DNA of 26,725 bases, from NCBI GenBank assembly GCA_040390065.1, contig JAZJZE010000043.1:1-26725 (forward strand), in the 5' to 3' direction. Below are positions 1-8,514 of the stretch, one piece after another. The DNA is from a bacterium. GTDB taxonomy: Archaea > Thermoplasmatota > E2 > JACPAO01 > JAHFTW01. Made by a program: the position numbers and the translations under genes. Under the pieces are notes generated by a model. The model worked only from the letters and a program-made list of their open reading frames with translations, searched no databases and had not been told where the DNA came from. Each line of letters starts with the position of its first letter. The stretch's first letter is position 1.

Positions 1-61
1 GCACATCCCCGGCGCGGGCCGAACAACGACACAGGCCACCCTGGAAGGGATGCAACGACCT

Positions 62-1741
62 CTAGCGGCGCTTGGGAGTGCGGCCCTTGCGCCCGGGCAG
101 GACGATGGCGAGGGTCACGCCGACGCCAAGGACGAGGACTCCGCCGACGACCAGGAGGCCGCCCACGAGGCCGAGATCGGTTGAACTTCCGGCAGCCGCG
201 CCGCCACGGGCCGACGACGGCGACGAGTGGCCGAGAGCATACGTGCTCGTGTGGTTGACGATCGCCCAAGCCGTGTGCGTCGCCGCATCGTATCCGGCGT
301 CGAAGACGCGAAGGGGTGGCTCGCCGGCTCCGGCAACGACGCCGCTTGCGGGCACGTCATGTTGCAGGTCCACCCATTGCGCCCCGTCGTAGTACTCGAT
401 GACTGGCTGCACGTCACTTGGCCCCGCAGAGATTGGCGCCTGGATGGCGATGCGCACCTGGCCATCGGCGGACGCTTGGCCGACGGCGAGTTGCACGTAG
501 ACGGTGGGGATGTCCGGCGTGGCAATCGTCGGCAGGGGAGGGACTGGGATGGGGAGTCGTTCCGGCTGCAGCTCGGTCGACGCGGAGCCGACGACGTCGA
601 GCGCCTTGCTACCGGCCTCGTACGTGACGGTCACTTGGTCGCTCACGGTGACCTTCTCGGTGACGTGCGGCGCAAGGTGAATGACGATCGGGACGCCGGT
701 CGGGCGAATCGGGGCGGGCAGGCCGACGAACGGCGGAGGAGCCGCGGCGGCGCAGGGACCCCGTGTCAAACTGCGCAAGTGCGTCACCGTGGTGACTGGT
801 TGGCCGGCCGCGTCTCGGCCGCCGAAGACTGCAACCTCACCAGGTGCCGGCGACACGGCAGCCGTCTCACGGATGGGTGCCGGCAAGCCGGGGCAGGTGA
901 CCTCGCCGGAGTTCGTGGCGGGATTGTAACGGAAGATCGTGTCATGCGTGTCGTTCGGGCCGCCTCCGCCGATCGTGTACAGGTACGTGCCGTCCCAGAC
1001 GACGCTGTTGGAGATGAGCCCGTTCGGGAAAACGCTGCTCGGGATGGTGAAGACCTTCTCGGCCGTGGCCGACGCGCCGGTCCAGGTGAGCTTGCAGATG
1101 GTGGCATAGAAGACGGCGCCGTCTGCGCCGCCCACGATGTAGGCTCCGCCCGGCACTTCGGCCGAGCCCATCCAGCGGACGCCTTGGCCCGCTGGCGTGC
1201 AGCCCTCCGTCGAGCCCACCGTCGTGACGGCGCCGCCCGGAGTGTATCGGTAGATGTCCGTCACGGGACGGCCGTCATACGATCCGCCGTACATGTAGAG
1301 GTGACCGTTGTCCCAAGCCGCGCCGCCGTCGTACGTCGGCTTCGGCATGTTGGCGACCTCGACGGGGCCGTCCGTCTTGGTCGGGTCGAGCATCAGGATG
1401 GACGAGAAGGTCGTGTGGTTGCTGGTGAAGCCGCCGACGAGGTACACGACCTCACCGGTCCACGCCGTGGCCACGTTGTAGCGTGGCGACGGCAGGCGCC
1501 AGCCACTGTCGGTGACGGGCTGCCCTGGCGCCCACTTGAGGATGGTGTCTAGTTCGCCGCGGAAGTCGGGAGCGGACGCGCCGCCGACGATGAGTGCCTC
1601 GTTGCCGATCCAGACGGCCCCGGGAGCGCTGTTGGGTGTGGGAAGCCATTCCCCTGCGGCGACGGAGGTGCCGCCCGTCGGCAACGGCATCATGAACAGA
1701 AGGCAAGCCACTGCGGCGACGCGCCCGAACCACCAAGCCAT
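62..1741 (-). CDS. Secreted, membrane-anchored Kelch-repeat (beta-propeller) protein, ~559 aa
   Basis: Repeated Kelch motifs (LIVGG, YLVGG, YMYGG, YIVGG, YTIGG, AVFGG); signal peptide from MAWWFGRVAAV (ATG 1741); C-terminal TM helix plus basic tail. The ORF-track extension to 1936 overlaps the upstream gene. Confidence 0.85.
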   Translation of the reverse strand: MAWWFGRVAAVACLLFMMPLPTGGTSVAAGEWLPTPNSAPGAVWIGNEALIVGGASAPDFRGELDTILKWAPGQPVTDSGWRLPSPRYNVATAWTGEVVYLVGGFTSNHTTFSSILMLDPTKTDGPVEVANMPKPTYDGGAAWDNGHLYMYGGSYDGRPVTDIYRYTPGGAVTTVGSTEGCTPAGQGVRWMGSAEVPGGAYIVGGADGAVFYATICKLTWTGASATAEKVFTIPSSVFPNGLISNSVVWDGTYLYTIGGGGPNDTHDTIFRYNPATNSGEVTCPGLPAPIRETAAVSPAPGEVAVFGGRDAAGQPVTTVTHLRSLTRGPCAAAAPPPFVGLPAPIRPTGVPIVIHLAPHVTEKVTVSDQVTVTYEAGSKALDVVGSASTELQPERLPIPVPPLPTIATPDIPTVYVQLAVGQASADGQVRIAIQAPISAGPSDVQPVIEYYDGAQWVDLQHDVPASGVVAGAGEPPLRVFDAGYDAATHTAWAIVNHTSTYALGHSSPSSARGGAAAGSSTDLGLVGGLLVVGGVLVLGVGVTLAIVLPGRKGRTPKRR

Positions 1742-1814
1742 GCCCTCTGTAGGAAGCGCAGCGGTCTTCAAGCCTGTGGCCAGGTACGGTCGTGGCGCGT
1801 CCCGAACGGGCGCG

Positions 1815-2972
1815 TCAATCCAGGAGGGACGCCGCGTCCCTCTGCATGCGGCGGCGGCGCGGGATCGTCGACGCCCACGCAAGCACGGCGACGCCGACGA
1901 CGGCGAGCGCGCGCAGCGCCAAGGGCCATGGCGCAAGTCGCAACGCGACGACCGAAAGGGCTAAGCCGGCGCCGAGGGCCACTTTGACGCACACCTTGGC
2001 CCACCGTCGGCGCGCCCATCCGGCGGCGGAGATGGCTTGCATGGAGGCCAGGGCCAAGCCCGTCGCGAGCAGGACCCACCAGGGGCCGGGCACCGAGACG
2101 ACCGCGAGCAATGCGGCCGCGACGATGAACGCCGGGAACGTGGTAGCACAGCCGATGCAGATGCGCATCCCGCCCATGCGGTACACGTCGTCGCGGTAAC
2201 GTGGTGTGTCCGGATGGTGGGCAAACGCGTCACGCCACTGCACGCGGCGCAGGGCGAGGGCGCCCGCAAGACCGGTGCCGACGGAGGCGAGGCCCGTGGC
2301 GGGGGCCCCACGGCCGCCCCCCGACGACGAGCCGCCCGTCGATGTCGACGATGAACCGCAGCAGGAGCCAGACGAGCTACCGCCGGAGCTCGAGGGGGAG
2401 CCGCAGCAACCGCCCGACGACGTGGCTGGCCGGTCGGTGGAGCCGCAGCACGAACCGCTCGGGCAGACGCCGCCGGCGTGCGAGTGGCCGCAGCCGTTGC
2501 AGCAAGTCGGGTCGCCGCTGGTCTGGCAGGTGAAGTTGCACGGCTGCGGCGACGGGTGCCACGTCATGAGCCACAGCATGGCGATGACGAGCCACAAGCC
2601 CCACGTCGCGACGATGACGCAGGCGATGACGAGGGCCACCATCGCGACAGTGTTGGCCTGGTCGGCCGGGGACCCTTGCCCGCGTTGCGTGAACGCGGCA
2701 AAGGCGAGGGCGCCCGCCACGATGGGCAGGATCAGCGCCGACATGGGAACCAGGAAGAAATCCGGCGCGTCCCAATAGCCGTCCCCGGCGGCCATGAAGA
2801 CGACCTCCATGAGGAGGGCGAGGATTGCCAATGTCAGGGCAGTCCAAGCGAGTCCTGGCGAGCCCGGCGCTGGCGGCGGGGTCGTGATGACGACGGGTGG
2901 CGCGCCGGGCGCGTCGACGACGGCCGCCTGGTCTTCGTCCTTTTTCACAGTGCGCTTGGCCTGACTCGCCAC
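1815..2972 (-). CDS. Multi-pass membrane protein with a central Cys-rich, Gly/Ser linker and a C-terminal DUF2085-like (HH...CxxC) membrane domain
   Basis: Three N-terminal TM helices, a linker with repeated CC motifs, then AHHPD...RICIGCATT followed by ~4 TM helices. Confidence 0.7.
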   Translation of the reverse strand: MASQAKRTVKKDEDQAAVVDAPGAPPVVITTPPPAPGSPGLAWTALTLAILALLMEVVFMAAGDGYWDAPDFFLVPMSALILPIVAGALAFAAFTQRGQGSPADQANTVAMVALVIACVIVATWGLWLVIAMLWLMTWHPSPQPCNFTCQTSGDPTCCNGCGHSHAGGVCPSGSCCGSTDRPATSSGGCCGSPSSSGGSSSGSCCGSSSTSTGGSSSGGGRGAPATGLASVGTGLAGALALRRVQWRDAFAHHPDTPRYRDDVYRMGGMRICIGCATTFPAFIVAAALLAVVSVPGPWWVLLATGLALASMQAISAAGWARRRWAKVCVKVALGAGLALSVVALRLAPWPLALRALAVVGVAVLAWASTIPRRRRMQRDAASLLD

Positions 2973-3110
2973 GCATTGCGACCGCGGCCGCCGGTGAAGA
3001 AGCTGTCGAGCGTCGGCGCCCGGTGTGCGCGAGGCAAATGGCCCATGGGTCCGCTCGCGTGCGCTGCGCGGCTCGCTGCCAGCGACAACGCGACTGCTCG
3101 CTGCGCTCGA

Positions 3111-5309
3111 CTATTCGGCGTAGTAGCTGGCCGGATAGGGTTCCGGCTTCAGGCCCTTCCTCTCGCGGATCTGCTTCACGACCTTGCCCTGAAGTTCAGG
3201 GGCCAGGACCTCGAAGCCGAGGTTCTCCGTGGACCAGAGGACACGGCCGCCGGTGGCCGAGCGGATGGCGCCAGCGAATCCCAGCATCTCGGCGACGGGC
3301 ACCTTGGCGGTGACGGTCGTGGAGTCGCCCTGCTGCTCCATGTCCTGGATGAGGCCGCGGCGCTTCTGGAACTCGCCGGTCGCAGCGCCCATCACAGTGT
3401 CCGGGACCGTCACGACGGCCTTCTGCATCGGCTCGATCAGGACCGGGCCCGCGATGGTCATGGCGCCGTAGATGGCGTTGCGCACGGCCGGGATGGTCTG
3501 CGCCGGGCCGCGGTGGACTGCGTCCTCGTGCAACTTTGCATCCGTGATGATGAAGCAGACGCCCTGCACCGGCTCGCCGGCGAGGGGCCCTTTCTGGATG
3601 GTCTCCAGGAAGCCCTCGATGATGAGCTCGAACGTCTCGTGCAGGTTCTGGATGGCCTTCGTACCGTCCACGAGCATGCAGGTGCCGTCGATGGCCTTGA
3701 CCTTCTTCGTGAGGTCCTTGTGGAAGCCGAGGGCCGTGAGCTTCTCGTGCACTTCCTTCATGTGCTTCTTCGGATCGCTCGGGATCTCGTTGTCGCGCAG
3801 CGCCACGACGATGTTGTCGGGCAGCGGCTCGGCCGTGACGAAGAAGCGGTTGTGGCGGTTCGGCGACTTGCCTTCGAAGGAGTACGGCGAGACGGTCTTG
3901 ACGCACTCGCGGTACACGACGATGGGGTTCGACGTGACGATCTGCAGGTTGAAGTCGCGCTCGATGCGGTGCGTGATTACCTCGAGGTGCAGTTCACCCA
4001 TGCCCGACATGAGGTTCTCGCCGGTCTCCTGGTTGATCTTGACGACGACCGACGGGTCGCCCTTGGAGATCTGGCGCAGCACTTCGACGAGCTTGGGCAG
4101 GTCCTTCATGTGCTTGCACTCGACGGCGACCGTGACGACCGGGTCGGAGACGTGCACGATGCGCTCGAACGGCTCCATCTCGGGGTCCGACGTCATGGTG
4201 TAGCCGGCCATGGCGTCCTTGAGGCCGGTGAGGGCGACGATGTTGCCGCCCGTGGCCTTCTCGACAGGGATGCGGTCGGCGCCGACCATGAGGCCGACTT
4301 GCTGCACGCGGTTCTTCTGCTTCGTGCCGCCGACGTAGAGGTCGACGCCGCGCTCGACGGTGCCGGAGAAGAGGCGGCCGATGGCGATTTCGCCGGCGTG
4401 GGGATCGATCATGATCTTCGTCACCATGAACGAGACCACACCCTTCGGATCCGCTTCGCGCATCGACTTGCCGGCTGCCGAGTCTTGGTCGCCGTGCCAG
4501 ATGTGACGGATACGGTACTCCTGGGCGACCTTGGGGCTCGGGATGCGGTCCGCCACGGTGTCCAAGACGACGTTCGCGACGGGTGCCAGCTTGGCCAGTT
4601 CCTTCTGCGTGTCGTTCTTGCAGTGGTTGTAGACGTCCTTGAACGAGACGCCGGACTTCTTCATGAACGGAAGCGAGACGCCCCACTTGTGGTACGCCGA
4701 GCCGAACATGACGGAGCCGTCGTCGATCTTGACGCCCCACTTGCCGCGGAACTCCTCGGGCAGGTTGCGGTTGATGAGTTCGTTGACCTTGTTGATGATC
4801 TTGATGAAACGCGCCTGCATCTCCTCGGGCGTGACCTTGAGCTCGTTCACGAGGCGGTCGACCTTGTTGATGAACAGCGTCGGGCGGACCTTCTCGCGCA
4901 GCGCCTGACGGACGACGGTCTCCGTCTGGGGCATCGGACCCTCGACGGCGCAGACCAGGATGATGCAGCCGTCGACGGCGCGCATGGCACGCGTCACGTC
5001 GCCACCGAAGTCGACATGGCCCGGGGTGTCGATGAGGTTGACGAGGTAATCCTTGTCGTTGAAGTGGTGCACCATCGAGGCGCAAGCGGCGTTGATGGTG
5101 ATGCCGCGGGCCTGCTCCTCCGGGTCGAAGTCGAGGGCGCGCTGCTGGCCTGCCAGCTCCTGGGAGATCATGCCGGCGCCGGCGAGAAGGTTGTCCGAGA
5201 ATGTGGTCTTCCCATGGTCGATGTGGGCCGCAATCGCGATGTTGCGGATGTTTTCCAAGTGTCCCATGACCTGGACTGCCTTTGCGATGTTGTCTTCCTT
5301 GCGTCCCAT
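3111..5309 (-). CDS. fusA: Archaeal translation elongation factor 2 (aEF-2), 732 aa
   Basis: AHIDHGKTT, RGITI, DTPGHVDF and NKVD GTPase motifs; diphthamide loop LHEDAVHRGPAQ; start MGRKED at ATG 5309. Confidence 0.98.
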   Translation of the reverse strand: MGRKEDNIAKAVQVMGHLENIRNIAIAAHIDHGKTTFSDNLLAGAGMISQELAGQQRALDFDPEEQARGITINAACASMVHHFNDKDYLVNLIDTPGHVDFGGDVTRAMRAVDGCIILVCAVEGPMPQTETVVRQALREKVRPTLFINKVDRLVNELKVTPEEMQARFIKIINKVNELINRNLPEEFRGKWGVKIDDGSVMFGSAYHKWGVSLPFMKKSGVSFKDVYNHCKNDTQKELAKLAPVANVVLDTVADRIPSPKVAQEYRIRHIWHGDQDSAAGKSMREADPKGVVSFMVTKIMIDPHAGEIAIGRLFSGTVERGVDLYVGGTKQKNRVQQVGLMVGADRIPVEKATGGNIVALTGLKDAMAGYTMTSDPEMEPFERIVHVSDPVVTVAVECKHMKDLPKLVEVLRQISKGDPSVVVKINQETGENLMSGMGELHLEVITHRIERDFNLQIVTSNPIVVYRECVKTVSPYSFEGKSPNRHNRFFVTAEPLPDNIVVALRDNEIPSDPKKHMKEVHEKLTALGFHKDLTKKVKAIDGTCMLVDGTKAIQNLHETFELIIEGFLETIQKGPLAGEPVQGVCFIITDAKLHEDAVHRGPAQTIPAVRNAIYGAMTIAGPVLIEPMQKAVVTVPDTVMGAATGEFQKRRGLIQDMEQQGDSTTVTAKVPVAEMLGFAGAIRSATGGRVLWSTENLGFEVLAPELQGKVVKQIRERKGLKPEPYPASYYAE

Positions 5310-5380
5310 AGTGCACCAGCGGAATGTCAGCCCCAGGGGTTTCCCTCTGGGTTTGCTTGGTTCGGGGCACCTGTGGGCCC

Positions 5381-5386
5381 ATAAAA
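5381..5386 (-). promoter_or_regulatory. Probable TATA box of EF-2 (TTTTAT)
   Basis: Strongest TATA-like hexamer in GC-rich context, ~72 nt upstream of the ATG; implies a ~50 nt leader. Confidence 0.6.
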
Positions 5387-5392
5387 GGGTGG

Positions 5393-5410
5393 CGGGTCGC
5401 AAGGCGGCGT
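5393..5410 (+). repeat. Left island boundary: 18-bp direct repeat CGGGTCGCAAGGCGGCGT
   Basis: Exact copy at 18031-18048. Confidence 0.85.
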
Positions 5411-5585
5411 CCGTAATCCCCCGGAACGGCCGCTGAACGGCGAGAGTCCATCCGCGAAGGCCAAAGACAGGGCTGAGGGGCCGCAAACGGGCCGCCTTGC
5501 GGCGCCGGGGGGTGGTCCGCAGCACTTGCCGTGGCGGAGCGCACATGGCGCCGGCACCGGTTTTTGACGCCGACGCCACCCGTGT

Positions 5586-6854
5586 TTAGACAGCGTCGAC
5601 TATCCCTTGAAGCCCCTGAGCCAGCCGGTTGGCCGTTTGGGAGAGCTTGTGACGTGCGAGGCCGGCGACGGCCATGCTTACTCCATGCACGGTAACGCCG
5701 GCCGTCGTAAATCGCTCAAAGGCCGCGACTGTCCCTGGTAGCGTGTCCGGTTCTGCCAAACCCGGGTATAGCAAGACCACGGTGGTCGCTTCGTATGCCT
5801 TTGCGAAGGCCAGCGCTTCGTAGACGTCTGGCCGGGCTATGGTCCGCCTTTCGGATTCAATGGAGGCCTTGTATTTCGCATCGACCAGAAGGACTAGTGA
5901 AGTCGGTGGGCGGACCACTATGTCGGGGTGCACGAAGCGTTCGACGGTCGGGCCGCTCGGTAGGAACCGAGATTCCCCAAACAACAGTTTGCCTCGTTCG
6001 ACTTGGGCCGCTCCATGGTATTGGGCGAGAAGATTTGTTAGGAACCGCTCCCAGGTGGGCGCGGTGGGCAGCATGAACCCCGGCGCCCCTTCGTGAACAG
6101 GCTTGTCAAGACTCAGGCCGCCTTGGGCAAGATACGCCTTGGCCAGGTCATAGGCAGGCTGCCAACGCGTATGCCGGGGCGCCAAGCGCGCCTTGGGGCG
6201 GCGCCCGCTTGGGCTAGTTTGGGGCTGGATTCTGCCAGCCAGGCCGCGCAGCCTTACGCGCACTGCGGGGCTCCGCACTTCGGGCTGGAGTCGGCCCAGG
6301 GCTTGGCGGATGACCTCGGTTTCCGGCGTGGTGTCAAAATGCCGAAGCCCACGCTGCCGGAACCCGTCCGGGTTGGGCTCGTGGAATGCGTCTGGCACGA
6401 TCTCACCGGACACCTGGAACGAGTACCAAGAATCGCGCCGGTACTCGAACATGGGCCGCCGCATGGCTCGCTGGATTGAAGTCGCAAGGGCGGCGCCTAT
6501 CGCATCGGGGATGCTCGCCGAGGTGGCCCGAAACCCCAGGGCTGAAGAAACGTCCAGCGCCCCTCTGGTCGCGATGGTCGACAACAAGAGGAAATCATCG
6601 CGCCAACTTGGGTCGGCGGGGTCAAGAAACTTGGGCACGACCTCGACCGCCGTGGTCCGGTTCAGACGAACATAACCTGCAACACCGCGCACCGTGAAAG
6701 TGTTACGCCCTTCCTCAATGACTTGGGTCTGATTCGTCGACACGCGGATGCGACGGCGCAGCCGCGACAGCAAGGCTGAAGCCAAGTTGGGGTCGCCAGA
6801 CAGGCAATCGTAGGAATCGCGGCCTTTCTCCTCCCATAGAGATACGACCCGCAT
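5586..6854 (-). CDS. mcrC: McrC-like PD-(D/E)xK restriction endonuclease subunit
   Basis: N-terminal GVAGYV...EVVPKF, TWERFL, catalytic HPDIVV...LVDAKYK, DVYEALAF, VVLLYP; directly downstream of the McrB-like gene. Confidence 0.88.
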   Translation of the reverse strand: MRVVSLWEEKGRDSYDCLSGDPNLASALLSRLRRRIRVSTNQTQVIEEGRNTFTVRGVAGYVRLNRTTAVEVVPKFLDPADPSWRDDFLLLSTIATRGALDVSSALGFRATSASIPDAIGAALATSIQRAMRRPMFEYRRDSWYSFQVSGEIVPDAFHEPNPDGFRQRGLRHFDTTPETEVIRQALGRLQPEVRSPAVRVRLRGLAGRIQPQTSPSGRRPKARLAPRHTRWQPAYDLAKAYLAQGGLSLDKPVHEGAPGFMLPTAPTWERFLTNLLAQYHGAAQVERGKLLFGESRFLPSGPTVERFVHPDIVVRPPTSLVLLVDAKYKASIESERRTIARPDVYEALAFAKAYEATTVVLLYPGLAEPDTLPGTVAAFERFTTAGVTVHGVSMAVAGLARHKLSQTANRLAQGLQGIVDAV

Positions 6855-6865
6855 GGAACTCCAGT

Positions 6866-7984
6866 CTACGCCGCTTGACCCTGCGCCAATCGCGCCATTG
6901 ACCGAAGAGCCGCAAGGACATTGGCCGGACCGATTGTTGGCCCCTCCAGGGTTGGGTAGTCTTGCTCGCCCACCGAGTGCTCCACCATTTTCAACGGCGA
7001 CGTCGCAGATGCTCCGAGCACTTCGGCTTGAAGGCGGACGTCATCGAACAGGATTTCCTGGACATGCTGCTTCATCATGTGCCAGCAGGCGGTGGCAAAG
7101 GCGAGCGCGCCATCCTTGGTCGGTTCGTCGGGCGGCGTCGTCGCCATTAGCGCCCCGTGACCAAGCTGGTAGGCTGGACCGCGCACGATGGCGAGTTTGC
7201 GATTCATCTCTCGCCAGGCCGCGACAACTGTCCGGTAGATGTCCTCCGGCGTTTCGGTCCCTCCTGGTTGGGGTGGCTCGGTATCGGTCAACAGCCCCAG
7301 AAACGCTGCCAGAGCGCCTTCTTCCGGTTGGATTTCGATTGGATAGAAGCGGCGCCGGAACGCGACGTCCAACGGCGCAATGCTGGTATCGGCTTCATTC
7401 ATGGCCGCCAAAATGTAGAGGTGACTTGGCAGTGCAATTCTCTGAGGCTGGCCGTCGTCCCCTACTGTCTGCATGAAGGCCGTTAGGTGCGTTTCTTCAC
7501 CGGATTCGTTCAGCCGCTTGTCCACCTCGATGGCGGTGATGGCGTCACCAAAAACGGACACGGCTGGGCCACGGTTGATTTCGTCGATGGTGATGAGAGA
7601 GGCCCCGTTTGCGTGCTGCGCATGCTCCGATGCTAGGAGAAGCGTTCCCCGCGTCAAGGAGAATCCAGTTTGGCCTACGCCTAGTTTGGGAAGAATCCCG
7701 TAGACGAAGTCCCGATACTTGGTGTCCTGGTGGAACGTCATGGACCAAACCTTCGGCTGGGTGCGCGTCCTCGCGGGGAACCAATCGGGGAGATCTTCTT
7801 GCGGTGGAAACAGAACTGTGCCGCCAGGCGCGAAGGCAGTTCCTTGCCCCGCCCTCGTTGCAAAGCGTTTTGCAACCTCAGCCATGATGCGCGACTTGCC
7901 TGCTCCCGGCGGTCCCGTAAGCAAGACGTTTCGGTGCTTGGCCAACGCCCGCAAAACGGCCTCGACTTGCGTATCAATTGGCAT
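6866..7984 (-). CDS. mcrB: McrB-family AAA+ GTPase lacking an N-terminal DNA-binding domain
   Basis: Walker A GPPGAGKS at about residue 24, TFHQDTKYRDFV, Walker B IDEINRG, McrB signature MNEAD (NxxD), AFRRRF, QLGHG. Confidence 0.9.
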   Translation of the reverse strand: MPIDTQVEAVLRALAKHRNVLLTGPPGAGKSRIMAEVAKRFATRAGQGTAFAPGGTVLFPPQEDLPDWFPARTRTQPKVWSMTFHQDTKYRDFVYGILPKLGVGQTGFSLTRGTLLLASEHAQHANGASLITIDEINRGPAVSVFGDAITAIEVDKRLNESGEETHLTAFMQTVGDDGQPQRIALPSHLYILAAMNEADTSIAPLDVAFRRRFYPIEIQPEEGALAAFLGLLTDTEPPQPGGTETPEDIYRTVVAAWREMNRKLAIVRGPAYQLGHGALMATTPPDEPTKDGALAFATACWHMMKQHVQEILFDDVRLQAEVLGASATSPLKMVEHSVGEQDYPTLEGPTIGPANVLAALRSMARLAQGQAA

Positions 7985-7986
7985 GG

Positions 7987-8514
7987 TTAGACGACCTCCT
8001 GGCCCGTTTGGAGGTTGAGTGCACCAATAGCGCCCCTCTCAGAGTCCTTGAGGATTTTTTGGGCGAAATCCCGGACCCGCGAGTTGTTCTTGGAATAGTC
8101 CATGTCCAAATCGCCCCAAACCACGCCCCTGTCGTCAGCCACCAGCACGAAGAACCACGGTCGCTCCTTCTGGCGGAACTCCAGCATGTTGAGCATCCAC
8201 TTGGGAAAGAGATGGATGGTGCCGATACGCATCTCTTGATCTCGCGAAGCCGTGGGGGGATGAAGGGTGAGCGCAACCTTCTCTACCGTGCCGTCCGGCT
8301 TTACGAAGTGGACGTCCTGTGTGATTCGACCCTTGTCGTCGGGCTTGGCCTTGAACACGTTCTGCGCGAGAAAGGTCCCAAAACGCTTTGGCATCCTAAG
8401 GTCGCGGGCGCCTCCGCCGGTCCCAGCGTCGTTGCTGTCGGCTTGCGTTTTGCGGACATCTCCTTCCAGGACTTCCTTGAGGAAGACCCAGGTCGGCTTT
8501 CCAGGCTTTGTCAT
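7987..8514 (-). CDS. Hypothetical 175-aa protein; probable stand-alone B3/EcoRII-N-like DNA-recognition subunit
   Basis: ATGA-coupled to the upstream MTase and 2 nt before McrB; FLKEVLEGDV...NDAGTGGG...LRMPKRF...EMRIG resembles the B3/EcoRII-N pattern (by eye). Confidence 0.55.
   Translation of the reverse strand: MTKPGKPTWVFLKEVLEGDVRKTQADSNDAGTGGGARDLRMPKRFGTFLAQNVFKAKPDDKGRITQDVHFVKPDGTVEKVALTLHPPTASRDQEMRIGTIHLFPKWMLNMLEFRQKERPWFFVLVADDRGVVWGDLDMDYSKNNSRVRDFAQKILKDSERGAIGALNLQTGQEVV

Noticed and set aside
3050-3110. Short GCTCGCTGC repeats downstream of EF-2
   Set aside because: Too short and GC-rich to call a terminator or REP element.
2478-5384. 968-aa plus-strand ORF (and similar long ORFs such as 227-1552, 12043-13068, 23787-25277)
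   Set aside because: Antisense shadows of real genes in GC-rich DNA, with no recognisable motifs.
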